A DNA stretch of 64,000 bases from Octopus vulgaris (lineage: Eukaryota): positions 2,976,001 to 3,040,000 of the forward strand of contig OX597839.1 of NCBI GenBank assembly GCA_951406725.2, given 5' to 3'. The translations under genes were made by a program, and so were the position numbers. The first letter of the stretch is position 1. Every line of letters starts with the position of its first letter. The notes beneath the pieces are model-generated. The model saw only the letters and a program-made list of their open reading frames with translations. It searched no databases and was not told where the DNA came from. This document shows, piece after piece, positions 27,194 through 39,888 of this stretch.

Positions 27194-27837
27194 TAAATAC
27201 ATACATACATACAAACAAACATACATACATAGATTCACACGTTCATACATACATATGCATGCATATTTCATAAATAAGCTGAATATTTTCTCCGTGATGA
27301 CTCGAGTTTCACCATTCAGCGATCATCAGGCGAAGATCGCTGTCAGAGTGGAATTCGAGTCATAAAGATATTCAGTTTAAATAAAATTGGGATTGCAGAT
27401 TCTCTCTTCCTCATTTGTCGACAAACTATATAGCTTCTCAATACTTCAGCGCTCGCACACGTACGCACATACACGCATATACACATAGACGCACACACGC
27501 TCACACAAACACGCACAAACACACACGGAGACGCTCAGGTTTAATTATTCATGAATAATCAGAGTTGTGTAGGAGAGTATATCTCCTTGTATATGGATGT
27601 GTTTGTACTTCTGTGTGTGCGTATGCGTCTGTGTATGTGCGTTTGGTGTTTGTGTGTATAACCTTTCTCTGTCAATTCTATTTTCGCTTTTTCTGTTACA
27701 GTAATTACAGACAATTTCAAGCAAGTGAAAGGTGTCATCCGTATGAATTAATTACGAGATAACGATAACAATATTTAAATAAGACGTGAGCACGAAATTT
27801 AGAAATATGTCTTATGGTAGAAAAGTTAGTATGTATG

Positions 27838-27963
<126 letters not shown>

Positions 27964-28299
27964 TCTATCTATTTATCTATCTAACCATCTTGCGTGTCTA
28001 TCACATCTCGTGACTCCCCAGTTTCAATTCTTGTTAATTTTTATCACTTTCATGTTCCTTTCATCCTTTTTCAACATCTCATTAACTCTCCTACACCATC
28101 GTGATCATTATGCTCACCACCACCACCACCATCATCACATCACACCAGAAGAAAAACAAGCACGCATGAATACAAGCGACTCACACCTACACCCACGCGC
28201 ACACACACACACATACTGGCAAACATGCGCATGCATGCCTGTGCAGACACGCATGTCTATGGATATGCACTGCCTTTGTTGTATAACACCCCCGCCTCT

Positions 28300-28500
28300 C
28301 ATTCCTATTCGCCATGATAGACCGCTGGCCACTAAACCTTTTCTATTTTCTCTCCCTGTTTATTTCTTTGTTCCTTTCTGTCGAAGAGCGTAGGCACGAA
28401 ACATAAAAGACTTTCTCAGTTCTCGAGCGTTAAACTAATACATCTGTTTGTTGTTTACACACCAGTCTTCGTCTTTTGGTTTTTTTTTAAAGTTTTCACT
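28300..28500 (+). mobile_element. HHR-bearing repeat family copy
   Basis: cttt CTGTCGA A GAGC gtag GCAC GAAA CA TA aaag at about 28374-28409. Homologous to 36260-36457 and 52675-52870. Confidence 0.75.
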
Positions 28501-28769
28501 ATATTGGGGATATGATGTTCAACAAAAACAAGAAGAAAAAATAACTAAATAAATAAATAAACAAAAATGAATGGAAACGAGAAAAATATGTCTTGTGAGC
28601 GGGAAAAAATATATACAACACTTCACTGTGTTCGAGATAAAGTGAGCTCTGACAACATTATATATGTATATTTTAACATACACATATATATATACACACA
28701 CACACATATAAACAGAGGATTTACACACGTACATGTATAGACATATACATAAACATATATGTGTATGGA

Positions 28770-28820
<51 letters not shown>

Positions 28821-28909
28821 GAACATATATATATATATACATATATACACATATATATATTATATATGTACTTCAGTATATATATTATATATACATATAC
28901 ACAAACAAC

Positions 28910-29360
28910 AGCAGGCATGTTAGCCGTGTGGAAGATGGCGGGGTCCCCAGAGACATACTCTATGGAGAGCTTGCTAGGGGCACTAGGTCTGTGGGAAGAC
29001 CGCTCTTACGATACAAGGATGTTTGCAAAAGGGACATGAAGGCCTGCAACATCAATATTAGCAACTGGGAAACAGTTGCTAGCAACCGTGGAGATTGGCG
29101 ACGTACCGTAAAAGAGAGAGAGAGGAGAAATGGAAAGACAAGAAAAGACGTCAACAAGAAACTATGACATTACAACTAGCCAGGCAAAGTCTTCGCTACA
29201 TTTGCGGCACCTGCTAGAGGGAGTGTTTGTCCAGGATAGGACTACATAGCCACAGCAGGGGATGTATTAGGACAGGAAATATAAAAGCCGGACTAGATTA
29301 TTTTATGCGCATCTCCATTGTCTCCCAAGACAAAAAAAAGGATGCCAACAACAACACAAA
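28910..29360 (+). mobile_element. RTE/BovB-clade LINE 3' fragment
   Basis: EDGGVPRDILYGELARGTRSVGRPLLRYKDVCKRDMK..WETVASNRGDWR..CGTC*RECLSRIGLHSH, followed by a caa-type tail. Confidence 0.9.
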
Positions 29361-29389
29361 CAGCATATATATATATATATATATATATA

Positions 29390-29770
29390 TGCATTATTTA
29401 CATTATTTACATTCAACGGATTTTTGTCCTCATTTTGTTTGTTGTTAAAACAATGTTTTGGCTGATATACCTTCCACCCTTCTTCAGGTGTCTTGGGGAA
29501 ATTTCGAACCTGGGTTCTCATTCCTAAGGTATTTTTCGATGTTATTATTATTATCATTATTATTATTATTATTATTGTTGTTGTTGTTGTTGTTCAAGTC
29601 ACTGCTTGGAATCGTACTCGGAATTTTGGGGTTAGTAGCCCACGCTCTTAACCACTACGCCATATACCAGTGGGCAATTAGTGTAGTGGTTAAGAGCGCG
29701 GGCTACTAACCCCAAGATTCCGAGTTCGATTCCAAGCAGTAACTTGAACAACAACAACAACAACAATAAT
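29390..29770 (-). mobile_element. Composite element: tRNA-like head, (AAC/AAT)n linker, HHR tail, plus inverted head copy
   Basis: Minus strand: A box tggcgtagtgg, B box gagtacgattcc, then gacac CTGAAGA A GGGTG..CAGCC AAAA CA TT (29451-29492). The head is duplicated in inverted orientation at 29681-29765. Confidence 0.7.
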
Positions 29771-30019
29771 AATAATTGCGTTCTTGTTTCGTTTCTGTAT
29801 CTTTTATATATATATACATGTATACATATACATCCATGTACGTATGTAGATAAATATAAGCATACACGTATACTTACACACATACACAGATGCATACATA
29901 TACATACATATGCATGCCCACAGTACACACATACACATAAAAATATATCTAGATTATAACGTATATATATAAACAATTTTTAAAAAGCTGCTCAATTTAT
30001 ATAATATTAAATTTCGGGT

Positions 30020-30061
<42 letters not shown>

Positions 30062-30106
30062 TGCATCAGCATGGCCGCAGCTCTGAGCTGAAACTAGAAA
30101 AAAAAA

Positions 30107-30141
<35 letters not shown>

Positions 30142-30214
30142 GGTAGGTAGGTATGTATATAGATATGTATATATATATATGTATATATGTATATATATGT
30201 ATGTATATATATAT

Positions 30215-30400
<186 letters not shown>

Positions 30401-30635
30401 AGAGAGGAAAGCAGCTACAAGCCCACGAGCCTCTTTCTGATAGTCAATGCCGCTATGTTAAATTGTTTATTACATGCTTCATTAAAACAAGATTATTCAT
30501 AATATAGAAAACTATTAATTGAACCAACGACTACCTTACACTTCATAATATATACATATACACATGTACGTGTGTGTGTGAGCGCATCTGAGTGTAACTG
30601 TATGTGTATGTATACTATATATATATGTATATATG

Positions 30636-30970
30636 CACATGGCTCAGTGGTTAGAGCGTCGAGCTTACGATCGTGAGGTTGTGAGCTCGAATCCCGGACC
30701 GGGCTGCGTGTTGTGTTCTTGAGCAAGGCACTTTATTTCACGTTGCTTCAGTTCACTCAGTTGTAGAAATGAGTTGCGACGTCACTGGTGCCAAGCTGTA
30801 TCGACCTTTGTCTTTCCCTTGGATAACACTGGTGGCGTGGAGAGGGAGGCTGGTATGCATGGGCGACTGCTGGTCTTCCATAAACAACCTTGCCCGGACT
30901 TGTCTAGGAGGGTAACTTTCTAGGTGCAATCCCATGGTCATTCATGACCGAAGGGGGTCCTTACCCCTTT
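30636..30970 (+). mobile_element. tRNA-derived CORE-like SINE
   Basis: tggctcagtggttagagcg, gagctcgaatccc, gtgttcttgagcaaggcacttta. Confidence 0.85.
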
Positions 30971-31249
30971 ATATATATATATATATTTAAATAATGAGGG
31001 AGATAAATTGAATATTAATTTAATTAATATCAATTTAAAACCAGTAGCCTTGCGTATAAAAATCTGAAAACTCAGAAAAAGTTTCAATACATGTGTATAT
31101 TTATGGAAACCACTAGGTGGACAACCATACGCTAGAAGAAGATCACATACGATCTAACTACAAAGAAAAAAATGTTCTCCAGAGAAAATTCAGCGAGCGC
31201 CAGAACATAAGCATGCAAGACATGAAAATTATTTAAAAATCAAGAATTA

Positions 31250-31324
31250 ATCGTATACCAGTTTCGTCTATTACCGAATAAATTACTTTCGTAATCCTTC
31301 GTCCGCAGAACTCGTCAGTACGAT
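31250..31324 (-). ncRNA. Type I hammerhead ribozyme, intact core
   Basis: atcgta CTGACGA gttctg...tagac GAAA CTGG TA tacgat. Confidence 0.8.
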
Positions 31325-31658
31325 CGTTCCAATTTCAATATAATTTGAAAAGCTAAACACTATTTGTCCATATAAAACTAGACACGTGCTTAGTTCTACC
31401 GATAATATTGGGGTTATTTTCAAATGTCTAAGTTCTGGCGCGCTAAATTCCGGAAACAGTTCTGCAGCAGATAATTTACTGCGGTTAATTTTGCCAATTA
31501 GAGAACATAGTTATTTTAAAATTTAAATAAAATTTAAATAATGAGATTTCAGATTTTTTATACGTTAGGCTACTGGTTTTAAATTGATATTAATTAAATT
31601 AATATTCAATTTATCTCCCTCATTATTTTGTTTTTCAAATTATATTGAAATTGTAACG

Positions 31659-31733
31659 ATCGTGCTGACGAGTTCTGCGAACGAAGGATTACGTAAGTAA
31701 TTTATTCGGTAACAGACGAAACTGGTATACGAT
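31659..31733 (+). ncRNA. Type I hammerhead ribozyme, intact core
   Basis: atcgtg CTGACGA gttctgcgaa..gattac gtaa gtaatt..ttcggtaacagac GAAA CTGG TA tacgat. Long helix II and GUA triplet. Confidence 0.8.
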
Positions 31734-31889
31734 TAATTCTTGATTTTTAAATAATTTTCATCTGTCTTGCCCGATTATGTTCTGGTGTTCATTGAATTTT
31801 CTCTGGAGAACATTTTTTCTTTGTAGTTAGATCGTATGTGATCTTCTAGCGTATGGTTGTCCACCTAGTGGTTTCCCTAAATACACACA

Positions 31890-31960
<71 letters not shown>

Positions 31961-32223
31961 TTATAGTTAGTCCAAACATGAAACCGCAGAGAGAAAACAC
32001 AACAACACGAGGACGTAGAACAAGTATAGTATTATTGGACGCTCAGGAAAGGAAAGAAAGAACGGGGATTTAACGTTTCGAGGAAAACAATCGCCAACCA
32101 TACACACGCGGTCACATTTATATATATATATATATATATTCTATATTTAAGAGATGAGTAATTATGCGCAATATTTACATTATTTACATATTACACAAAT
32201 ATATATGTACATGTATGTATATA

Positions 32224-32342
<119 letters not shown>

Positions 32343-32461
32343 ATATATATATATATATATGTAATTTTTCGTACAGTCTGTTTAGATTTGTTTTTCATAT
32401 TTGATAATAGGTCGAACTCTAAATCGTGATCGGTGGCAAGAAAGGATTGTAATGGTGACGT

Positions 32462-32515
<54 letters not shown>

Positions 32516-32529
32516 TACTTCTGCTACTG

Positions 32530-32593
<64 letters not shown>

Positions 32594-32696
32594 AATAACA
32601 GCAAGAATAACCAATCCAAACGTAATTCGTGATATAATATAAAACTCCAGACTTTTGTATTTTAAAACAAAAGTAATAACAATAGCGGCGGCAAGT

Positions 32697-32792
<96 letters not shown>

Positions 32793-33484
32793 GTTTCACA
32801 TTTTGGCACCCCAGCATTTCGGAGGATCCGAAAGGATGGAAGTCAAATTCCACCTTGGCGGAATTTGAACTGAGACGAACGAAATACTGCTAAGCATTTA
32901 GTCCGGCGTGCTAACGATTCTGCCAGCTCTCCTTCATCAGTGCCCATGTAACATATTAATCACCCACGAACTCTTTACTTAAACAACCACTACATATAGC
33001 GGTGGAAAATTTGTAGAGATATCCTTAACACGTTAGCAGTAATAATAAATCGTGTTTTTATTTCATTCGCAGGATTCTTGATGCGAAGTCGTGCGTTGAA
33101 AAAAAATTTCTTCTATGTCGTGGGTGGTTGGGTGGATCATTATGTTGAATATATAGAACGCACGAGTTTCATTTCGTTTCTTTTATTATTATTAATTACT
33201 TGGTTAATTATTTAACCAATTAACTCATGATTATTTGATAAATTGTTGGGTCAATCGCTTAATCAAACAATCGATAAGTTAATCGGTTAAATGATTTGTC
33301 AATTGACGAATAATAATAATAATAATGGTGAAATAGAGTCAGTGCGAGTGTTTATCATTACTCTAACGACCCTCCCGAGATACAGCAAAATAATAAATCT
33401 TTTAGATTAAAGTGCTTACGATACGTTTCTGTGGTGTAGACGATCTGTCAGGATGTGGAAAGGGGGATGATAAAATTATGTGTG

Positions 33485-33568
<84 letters not shown>

Positions 33569-33613
33569 AGGGTGAGGGGAGGAGAAGAGAGACTCAAATG
33601 AAGGCTACATGGG

Positions 33614-33902
33614 CGTTTCGTTCAACATTCTTAAACAACCCTTATTCAGGGACCTTTTGAGCGGGATGGGTTACTCAACTAGAAGAAAATTCTAACTGGG
33701 CCCCACCTGCAAGGTCATGCGCTGTTTATCTTGATATGAGATCACCATGTCGCGCACATATGGTTGTGATGTATGTGTCTGGTGTACCCTTATCAGACGG
33801 GTAGTCATGATGGGTATACTGGGCTTCGTATATTTTACCCCAGTGTCACTTTGATGGCATGAACTGCTCTCTCACTCAATAATAATAATAATAATAATGA
33901 TG

Positions 33903-33958
<56 letters not shown>
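33614..33958 (+). mobile_element. LINE-type 3' end fragment with (AAT)n tail (same family as 5668-6250)
   Basis: Near-identical to about 5945-6211. Confidence 0.75.
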
Positions 33959-34155
33959 CCTTCCTACTGAAGGCACAAAACCTGAAATTTGGTAGGTGGG
34001 GACTAGTCGATTACATCACTGGTACTTAACAACATCGACCCCGAAAGGATAAATGGCAAAGTCGACTTCGGCGGAATTTGAACTTAGAACGTAGCGACGA
34101 GTGAAATACTGCTAAACATTTCATCCGGCGCGCTAACACTTCTGCCAGCTCACCG
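33958..34155 (-). mobile_element. SINE family B variant (ggcacaa-type tail)
   Basis: cgaccccgaaaggat...gtcgacttcggcggaatttgaact...ctgccagctcaccg. Confidence 0.8.
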
Positions 34156-34889
34156 ATTTTCTGAATAACAACAACAGCAACAACAATAATACCAACAGCA
34201 ACAGGTAGCGTGGGCATGATTAAAAATAAACGAAAACGACGTAGCTCAGTGTCGTAAAATATAGGCAGATACACTTGCATAGAAAGAAATCACCAATAAC
34301 AGTGCTAGGCAGTGTTCATATATTTCCCCAAACTAGATCGGCATAAAACTGTCAACACCGAGTGACTGATCTCAGAGGAGATATGAACATCTTTAAGACA
34401 GGGATTACTTATATTCTAGTAAGAAATTAACCTACATTACACTAGCTAAAACACTGCTTAATTCTCATAGCAATAATTATATATATATATACATAAAGCT
34501 TTTTTTATGAGTACTACCGGATTATTTATATATTGTGACTTTTATATATATATATATATATATATAGATAGATAGATAGATAGATACACATACATATATA
34601 TATATATATATACATACACACATATATACATATATATATAGACATATATACATACATATACACATACATATACACATATAACTATATATATATATATATA
34701 CACACACATATATAGTGCATATAGATAGATAAATAGATAGATATACATACATATACACATGCTTGCACATGTATGAAGTGTGTGTGTATAAATATATATA
34801 TATATATATTTAATGTATCAATATAATATATGTATGTGTATATATGTGTGTGTATGTATGTACATAATATATATTGTCTATCTTCTATT

Positions 34890-35260
34890 TCTTTCAGTCA
34901 TTAGAATGCGGTCATGCTGGGTCACTGCCTTGAAGAACTTTAATAGAACAAATCGACACAGTATTTATTTTGTATTTTGTATTTCAAACTTATTCTTTCA
35001 ATCATTTTTGCCGAAACGTTGAGTAACAGGAACGTAAACAGATCAAGGCCGAGTGTTAAGCGATGGTATGGGACAAACAGACAGACAGATACACACATAT
35101 ACATATGATAAGCTTCTTTCAGTTTCCGTCTACAAAATCCACTCATAACGCTTTGATCGGCCCGATCCTATAGTAAAAGACACTATAGGCAAGTGTCTCC
35201 TACAGAAGCCGAAACCATGTCAATGAGAACAAAATTTCTGATCAAATAGCCGAACCTACT
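34890..35260 (-). mobile_element. SINE family A, diverged
   Basis: tttcagtcattagaatgcggtcatgctgg...ctttcagtttccgtctacaaaatccactca. Confidence 0.75.
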
Positions 35261-35305
35261 CCCGTGTTTATATGTATATATTTATATATCTGCAAAATAA
35301 TATTT

Positions 35306-35550
35306 GACAATTATTCGGTAGCCAAGATAAAACTCTGAGTTTCGGATGCCGAGGTGGAAATCCACACCACCATTTCTTCGGTTATCTGGCCATCTGAAAA
35401 ACTCAGAGTTTTATCATGGCTACCGAATAATATAACGGTCTTTTTTCATAGCGCTTTTCAGATGGCCAGATAACCGAAGAGATGGTGTTGTGGATTTCCA
35501 CCTCGGCATCCGAAACTCAGAGTTTTATCTTGGCTTTTGAATAATTGTCA
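35306..35550. mobile_element. Foldback element with two inverted HHR-like motifs (core CCGAAGA)
   Basis: Arms 35306-35400 and 35455-35550. Plus strand gataa CCGAAGA GATG..CATC C GAAA CTCAGAG TT ttatc (35469-35529). Minus-strand copy at 35326-35386. Confidence 0.8.
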
Positions 35551-36188
35551 CTTATTATTTTACAGATAAATTCCTCTATTTACATAATATTGAGGTCTCT
35601 TTCTTTCTTTTGTTATCTTACCGTTTTTACCAATAAATAATATATAATTATATACATATAATTGTTGTGTGTATGTGTGTCTGTCTGAGTATGTACGTGT
35701 TGTTGTAATTGTCCTGGTGGTGTGTGTGTATGTGTGTGAATAGTATTTGTCTGGGCGTTGTGTGCCCCCACCCCGACCAACCTCCCACACTGTCCCTTAA
35801 GATAGCAAATATTCCTTAGCTACACACAAGAGAAAATGTCAGAAAGGTCAGTTATTCCTCTGCAATTTTTTGTAAATGCTTAAATATATCTCCTGTATAT
35901 GTATATATATATATATATACTACCAAACAAACATGACTTTTATTGAACTCTACTTTTTGGAGTCGCGTCCTGATTACTTAAATACTTTCTTGTAAACTGT
36001 TTTCAACAATTTCTTATTATTATCAAAGAATGTATTTCTGTTTTTCAATACTTTTGTGATAACCAGTACTTAACACAACAAAGCTTTACATTTTACTGTA
36101 AAAGTGAAAGCGGTCAAGTGAATAAACATCTTTAAATTGGCATTTTCAAACCTTCTTTGATTGAACGCCATGCAGCCATTTCCAAGTA

Positions 36189-36256
<68 letters not shown>

Positions 36257-36259
36257 CAT

Positions 36260-36454
36260 ATTGCATGATAGATCGCTAGCCACTACACATTTTTTATTTT
36301 CTCTCTTTATTTTCTCTCTTTGTTTCTGTGTTCCTTTCCGTGGAAGAGCGTAGGCTCGAAACGTTAAAGACTTTTTCACTTCCCGAGCGTTACACTAATA
36401 CATCTGTTTGTTTTGTACATCACCTGTCTTCGTCTTTTTTTTTTCGTAAACTCT

Positions 36455-36457
<3 letters not shown>
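36260..36457 (+). mobile_element. HHR-bearing repeat family copy
   Basis: cttt CCGTGGA A GAGC gtag GCTC GAAA CG TT aaag at about 36334-36369. Confidence 0.75.
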
Positions 36458-36539
<82 letters not shown>

Positions 36540-37220
36540 GTACATTTTCCATCTACATTGACACAGTTTTTGTTAACTCGAGTATAAGGTAAAAAGAAGC
36601 GCTTAAAACCATATGCAGTGCAATTGAACTCGTTACCTAGCATTAGGCGAAACGATCGTAGATCTGTACAGTCATGTCTCTACTATCTCTAGCAAACCGA
36701 ACAACCGCATAACGGCATTTAATGATACATTGAGGGGTTAATAATGGATTGTATATGTTATGCTTACTGTCTGGTCTGCTTAAGCTTTGAACATTAGGAG
36801 ATGCACAAATGGGATTTGTGAATAGGACATTAAAAATATGTAATGGAGTTTGCTAAGAGTGAATTCGTTTGAAATTGAGCAGTTTCTAAGTTGTTATTGC
36901 ATAAATAAGCATTAATATCCACTTATGGTGGAGCAGAGGAAAATATAACACGGTAGCTCACACATGTACATACATACATACGTACATACGTACATATATA
37001 TATATATACATTCATACACACATACAGACATACATATATACATACATACGTTCATACACACATAGACATACATATATACATACATACGTACATACATATA
37101 TTCATATATATACATACATCTCATCGGGCATTATACACTTTTTATATGTACGTATGACCTAAGTGCGATGTGTAATATATGCATTTACACATATGTATAC
37201 ATTCATACATATGCCTATGC

Positions 37221-37262
<42 letters not shown>

Positions 37263-37298
37263 GTATATATATAAGTGTGTGTGTGTATGTATATATAT

Positions 37299-37346
<48 letters not shown>

Positions 37347-37485
37347 TTAAACTCACACACGCATATACATACATAAACACGCGTATATATATATATATAT
37401 ATATATACACTTACAGCCATACAGAACAAAAGTGTGTGTAATATATATGTATATGTATGTGTGAGTGTATATATATATATATACA

Positions 37486-37536
<51 letters not shown>

Positions 37537-37774
37537 GCTCCTGTATATGCGTGTGCACGTGTGTGTAGGTGTGTGTGTAGGTGCGTGAGTGTATGTATGT
37601 GTGTGTGTGTATCTTCTCCATAATACATGACCTAGTGCAACGAATTTTAAACCCTCCGAAAAAAAAACGCAGATGAAAACGAAATGAAACTAAAAGAAAA
37701 ATACAATGATTAAATAAATGACAAAAACCAGATTTTACTGGAATTTAGAGGAATCCAATAAATATCTCGTCTCT

Positions 37775-38225
37775 CGCTAACGACAACCACGACAACCACG
37801 ACGAAGACCACCACCAACACCATCGCCTCCAGCATTACCATCGCCACTTTTATCACCACTATCGCCACCACCACTACTTCCACCACAACTACCGCCACCA
37901 CCACCACCACCACCACCACTACCTACAGCAACGCTACAACCACCACCACCAACACCACCACCACCACTACTACCGCCATTACACTACCATCATCACCTTT
38001 GCCACCACTCTAACGCCACTACCAACAACATTGCCACCAGTACCATCAGCATCACTACCATCACCACCATCACCACTATTACACGACAACCATAACCACC
38101 ACCACCACCACCACCACCACCACCACCACCACCACCACCACCACCACCACCACCACCACCAACACAACAACAACAACAACCACCGACACCACCACCAACT
38201 CCACCACCACCTCCATCTCACACCA
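37775..38225. repeat. (ACC)n-rich trinucleotide tract
   Basis: Degenerate and pure (cac)n. Confidence 0.9.
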
Positions 38226-38693
38226 GCGAGGGACAACGTATGTGGTCATTTGTGATCTAAAAAATAACAGCCAAATGTTCTTTTACACATATGGAAACAA
38301 TGGGATGGTCACATCTGGAATATCCTCCAGCATAATACTGCTTTATGCAGGCCTGAAATGGAGTCAAACAACAACAGCAACAACCAGCACCAGGATATGA
38401 GACGTCTTGGCGCAGTTCTTTTGCCGCCGCCTTTTTGATGTTGCTGATTCGGCGTTGAATTTTTAATGTTTGTCTCTTTTTAATCTTTCTCTCATCCATT
38501 GCATTCCTCCTCTCTTTGTCGCTCTCTCCCTCTGCTTTCTCTCTCTCTTCCTCTCTTTCTCTGTATGAGGAAATGGAAACTTTGTCAATCGTGTTCAATT
38601 GATAAATTTTAATCTCACTCACTCTTTTTCTGTGTGCATGGGTGCGCGCGCGTGTGTCTTTGTCTGTGTTTGCTTCCAGAGCGAGAAAGTATT

Positions 38694-39141
38694 AATTTCT
38701 TTACTACCAACAAGGGGCTAAACATAGAGGGGACAAACAAGGACAGACAAACGGATTAAGTCGATTACATTGACCCAGTGCGTAACTGGTACTTAATTTA
38801 TCGACCCTGAAAGGATGAAAGGCAAAGTCGACCTCGGCGGAATTTAAACCCAGAACGTAACGGCAGACGAAATACGGCTACGCATTTCGCCCGGCGTGCT
38901 AACGTTTCTTATTTCTTTACTGCCCACAAGGGGCTACACACAAAGGAGACAAACTAGGACAGAGAAACGGATTAATTCGATTGTATCGACCCCAGTGCGT
39001 AACTGGTACTTATTTAATCGACCCCGAAAGGATGAAAGGCAAAGTCGACCTCAGCGGAATTTGAACTCACAACGTAACGGCAGACGAAATACCGCTAAGC
39101 ATTTCGCCCGGCGTGCTAACGTTTCTGCCAGCTCGCCACCT
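38694..39141 (-). mobile_element. SINE family B dimer
   Basis: TSD agcgagaaagtatt at 38680-38693 and 39148-39161. Confidence 0.9.
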
Positions 39142-39760
39142 TCAAAAAGCGAGAAAGTATTGTCGCAAAATCAGACTGACAGCCCGGTTAGCCGTGTTAA
39201 ATTGCCAACGCCCAAAGAGCATCGCCCAATCGTTTCACTCTACAAGTGAAACTATCATGTTTAGTATCATTGCTGCCATTGTGATTAAATTGACAAAAAA
39301 ATTATCTGGCCAATTTTATCTATTATTCATTTAACGATGAATGCGGTGACTCTGCGAGGTTCTTTACCTAATTACTGCAACCATGTTGGGAAATCAGCTT
39401 CAAGTGTTTTGTTGATCAAATGTCACCACATCCTTAGTTTGTTAGTAATAAAGCAAATCTATATCATTTTTCAGTTTTGTGACGGCTGACTTCACAGACA
39501 CACATAACTACACACATACACACACACGCATACACATACGTGCGCGCACACACACGCACACTCACACATATCTACATACATAAACAGATGGATAGACAGA
39601 CAGGTAGATAGATAGATAGATTGATAGAAAGACAGATAGAGAGAGCTAGATGGATAGACAGAGAGATAGGTAGATAGATAGATAGATAAATAGATAGATA
39701 GATAGATAGATAGACAGACATACATACAGACAGACAGACGGACGGACGGACGGACGGACG

Positions 39761-39854
<94 letters not shown>

Positions 39855-39888
39855 GAGGTATAGACAGATATATATATATATATATATG

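Larger units (their letters stand above)
30989..31884. mobile_element. Non-autonomous Penelope-like/retrozyme insertion with permuted inverted repeats
   Basis: A 30989-31074 pairs with A' 31542-31628 and B 31098-31351 pairs with B' 31632-31884. Order is A B x A' B'. Microsatellite flanks. Confidence 0.85.

Noticed and set aside
29681-29745. tRNA gene with ACT anticodon
   Set aside because: The acceptor stem does not form and it is part of an inverted repeat with a microsatellite tail. It is treated as a SINE-type head.
32930-32945. CTGATGA on the minus strand (also at about 47055 and 24290, and on the plus strand at about 63590)
   Set aside because: No convincing helix II/GAAA/helix I arrangement follows. 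At 32930 it simply abuts a SINE head.
36636-36660. HHR 3' half (ccta gcat tagg c GAAA CGATCG TA), with similar remnants at about 2790-2825, 14535-14575, 32070-32085, 49725-49770 and 51455-51490
   Set aside because: The core or helix I is missing or too decayed to call. These are possibly dead copies.
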